A DNA stretch of 64,000 nt from Eledone cirrhosa (lineage: Eukaryota): assembly GCA_964016885.1 (NCBI GenBank), contig OZ024760.1:20646001-20710000 (forward strand). The letters are read 5' to 3'. The notes below the pieces were generated by a model. It was not told where the DNA came from. It ran no database searches and saw only the letters and a program-made list of their open reading frames with translations. Of this stretch, positions 63,651 to 64,000 are shown piece after piece; positions within the stretch are counted from its first letter, which is position 1; the number at the start of each line of letters is the position of its first letter. The translations under genes and the position numbers were made by a program.

Positions 63651-64000
63651 GGTGAGAAACTGGGTGTCATCGAAGTACCAAGTAGACCAAAGCAGGATTT
63701 GAACTCAGAATACAAAGAGTTGGAAGACTATGAAACAACTCATCCAGCACTCTACTGATTTTGTTAATCCATTGCCCCGGGAGTAGCATTTTATTTTATC
63801 CACCTCTGAAAGAGTGGAAGGCAGAGGTGAACTTTGAACTCAAGAGTAGGGAGAAATACTGCATTATATCTCTTTCAATGCCCTACCGATTCTAGACTGG
63901 TATTTTATAGGAATTGATTGACAAGATCCCAGACCTCACTCGCTTGCCAAGTGGGATGGAACTTATCCAATTGAACCAAAGAAACAATGTGAAATAAAGT

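Overview
AT-rich, repeat-dense eukaryotic (metazoan) DNA. The SINE and RTE families and the huge (TA)n/(CAC)n microsatellites suggest a coleoid cephalopod such as an octopus (inference). Most ORFs in the track are microsatellite artefacts. Real coding content: (i) the 3' seven exons of a + strand ninein/ninein-like (NINL/Bsg25D family) coiled-coil gene, 6967-18088, with all splice phases checked by hand; (ii) a ~2 kb acidic orphan exon at 35009-37035; (iii) a few weak candidate exons near 56-60 kb. Mobile elements include RTE LINE fragments with a PHD-like finger, two tRNA-derived SINE families, Tx1 and CR1-type LINE relics, a DD37D (maT) Tc1/mariner, Helitrons, TTAA piggyBac-like MITEs carrying satellites and a Penelope-like (Naiad-type) RT relic. 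The most striking unannotated signal is about 20 type I hammerhead-ribozyme motifs (CUGANGA...GAAA...UH) from at least six short-repeat families. They sit in (TA)n tracts, often as fold-back inverted pairs, and several are sense-strand inside or just downstream of the ninein-like gene; one is split exactly by a Helitron. A ~5 kb diverged inverted duplication (40.8-46.1 kb) with promoter-like motifs, splice sites and structured-RNA candidates is a second unexplained locus. Coordinates of repeat ends are approximate.
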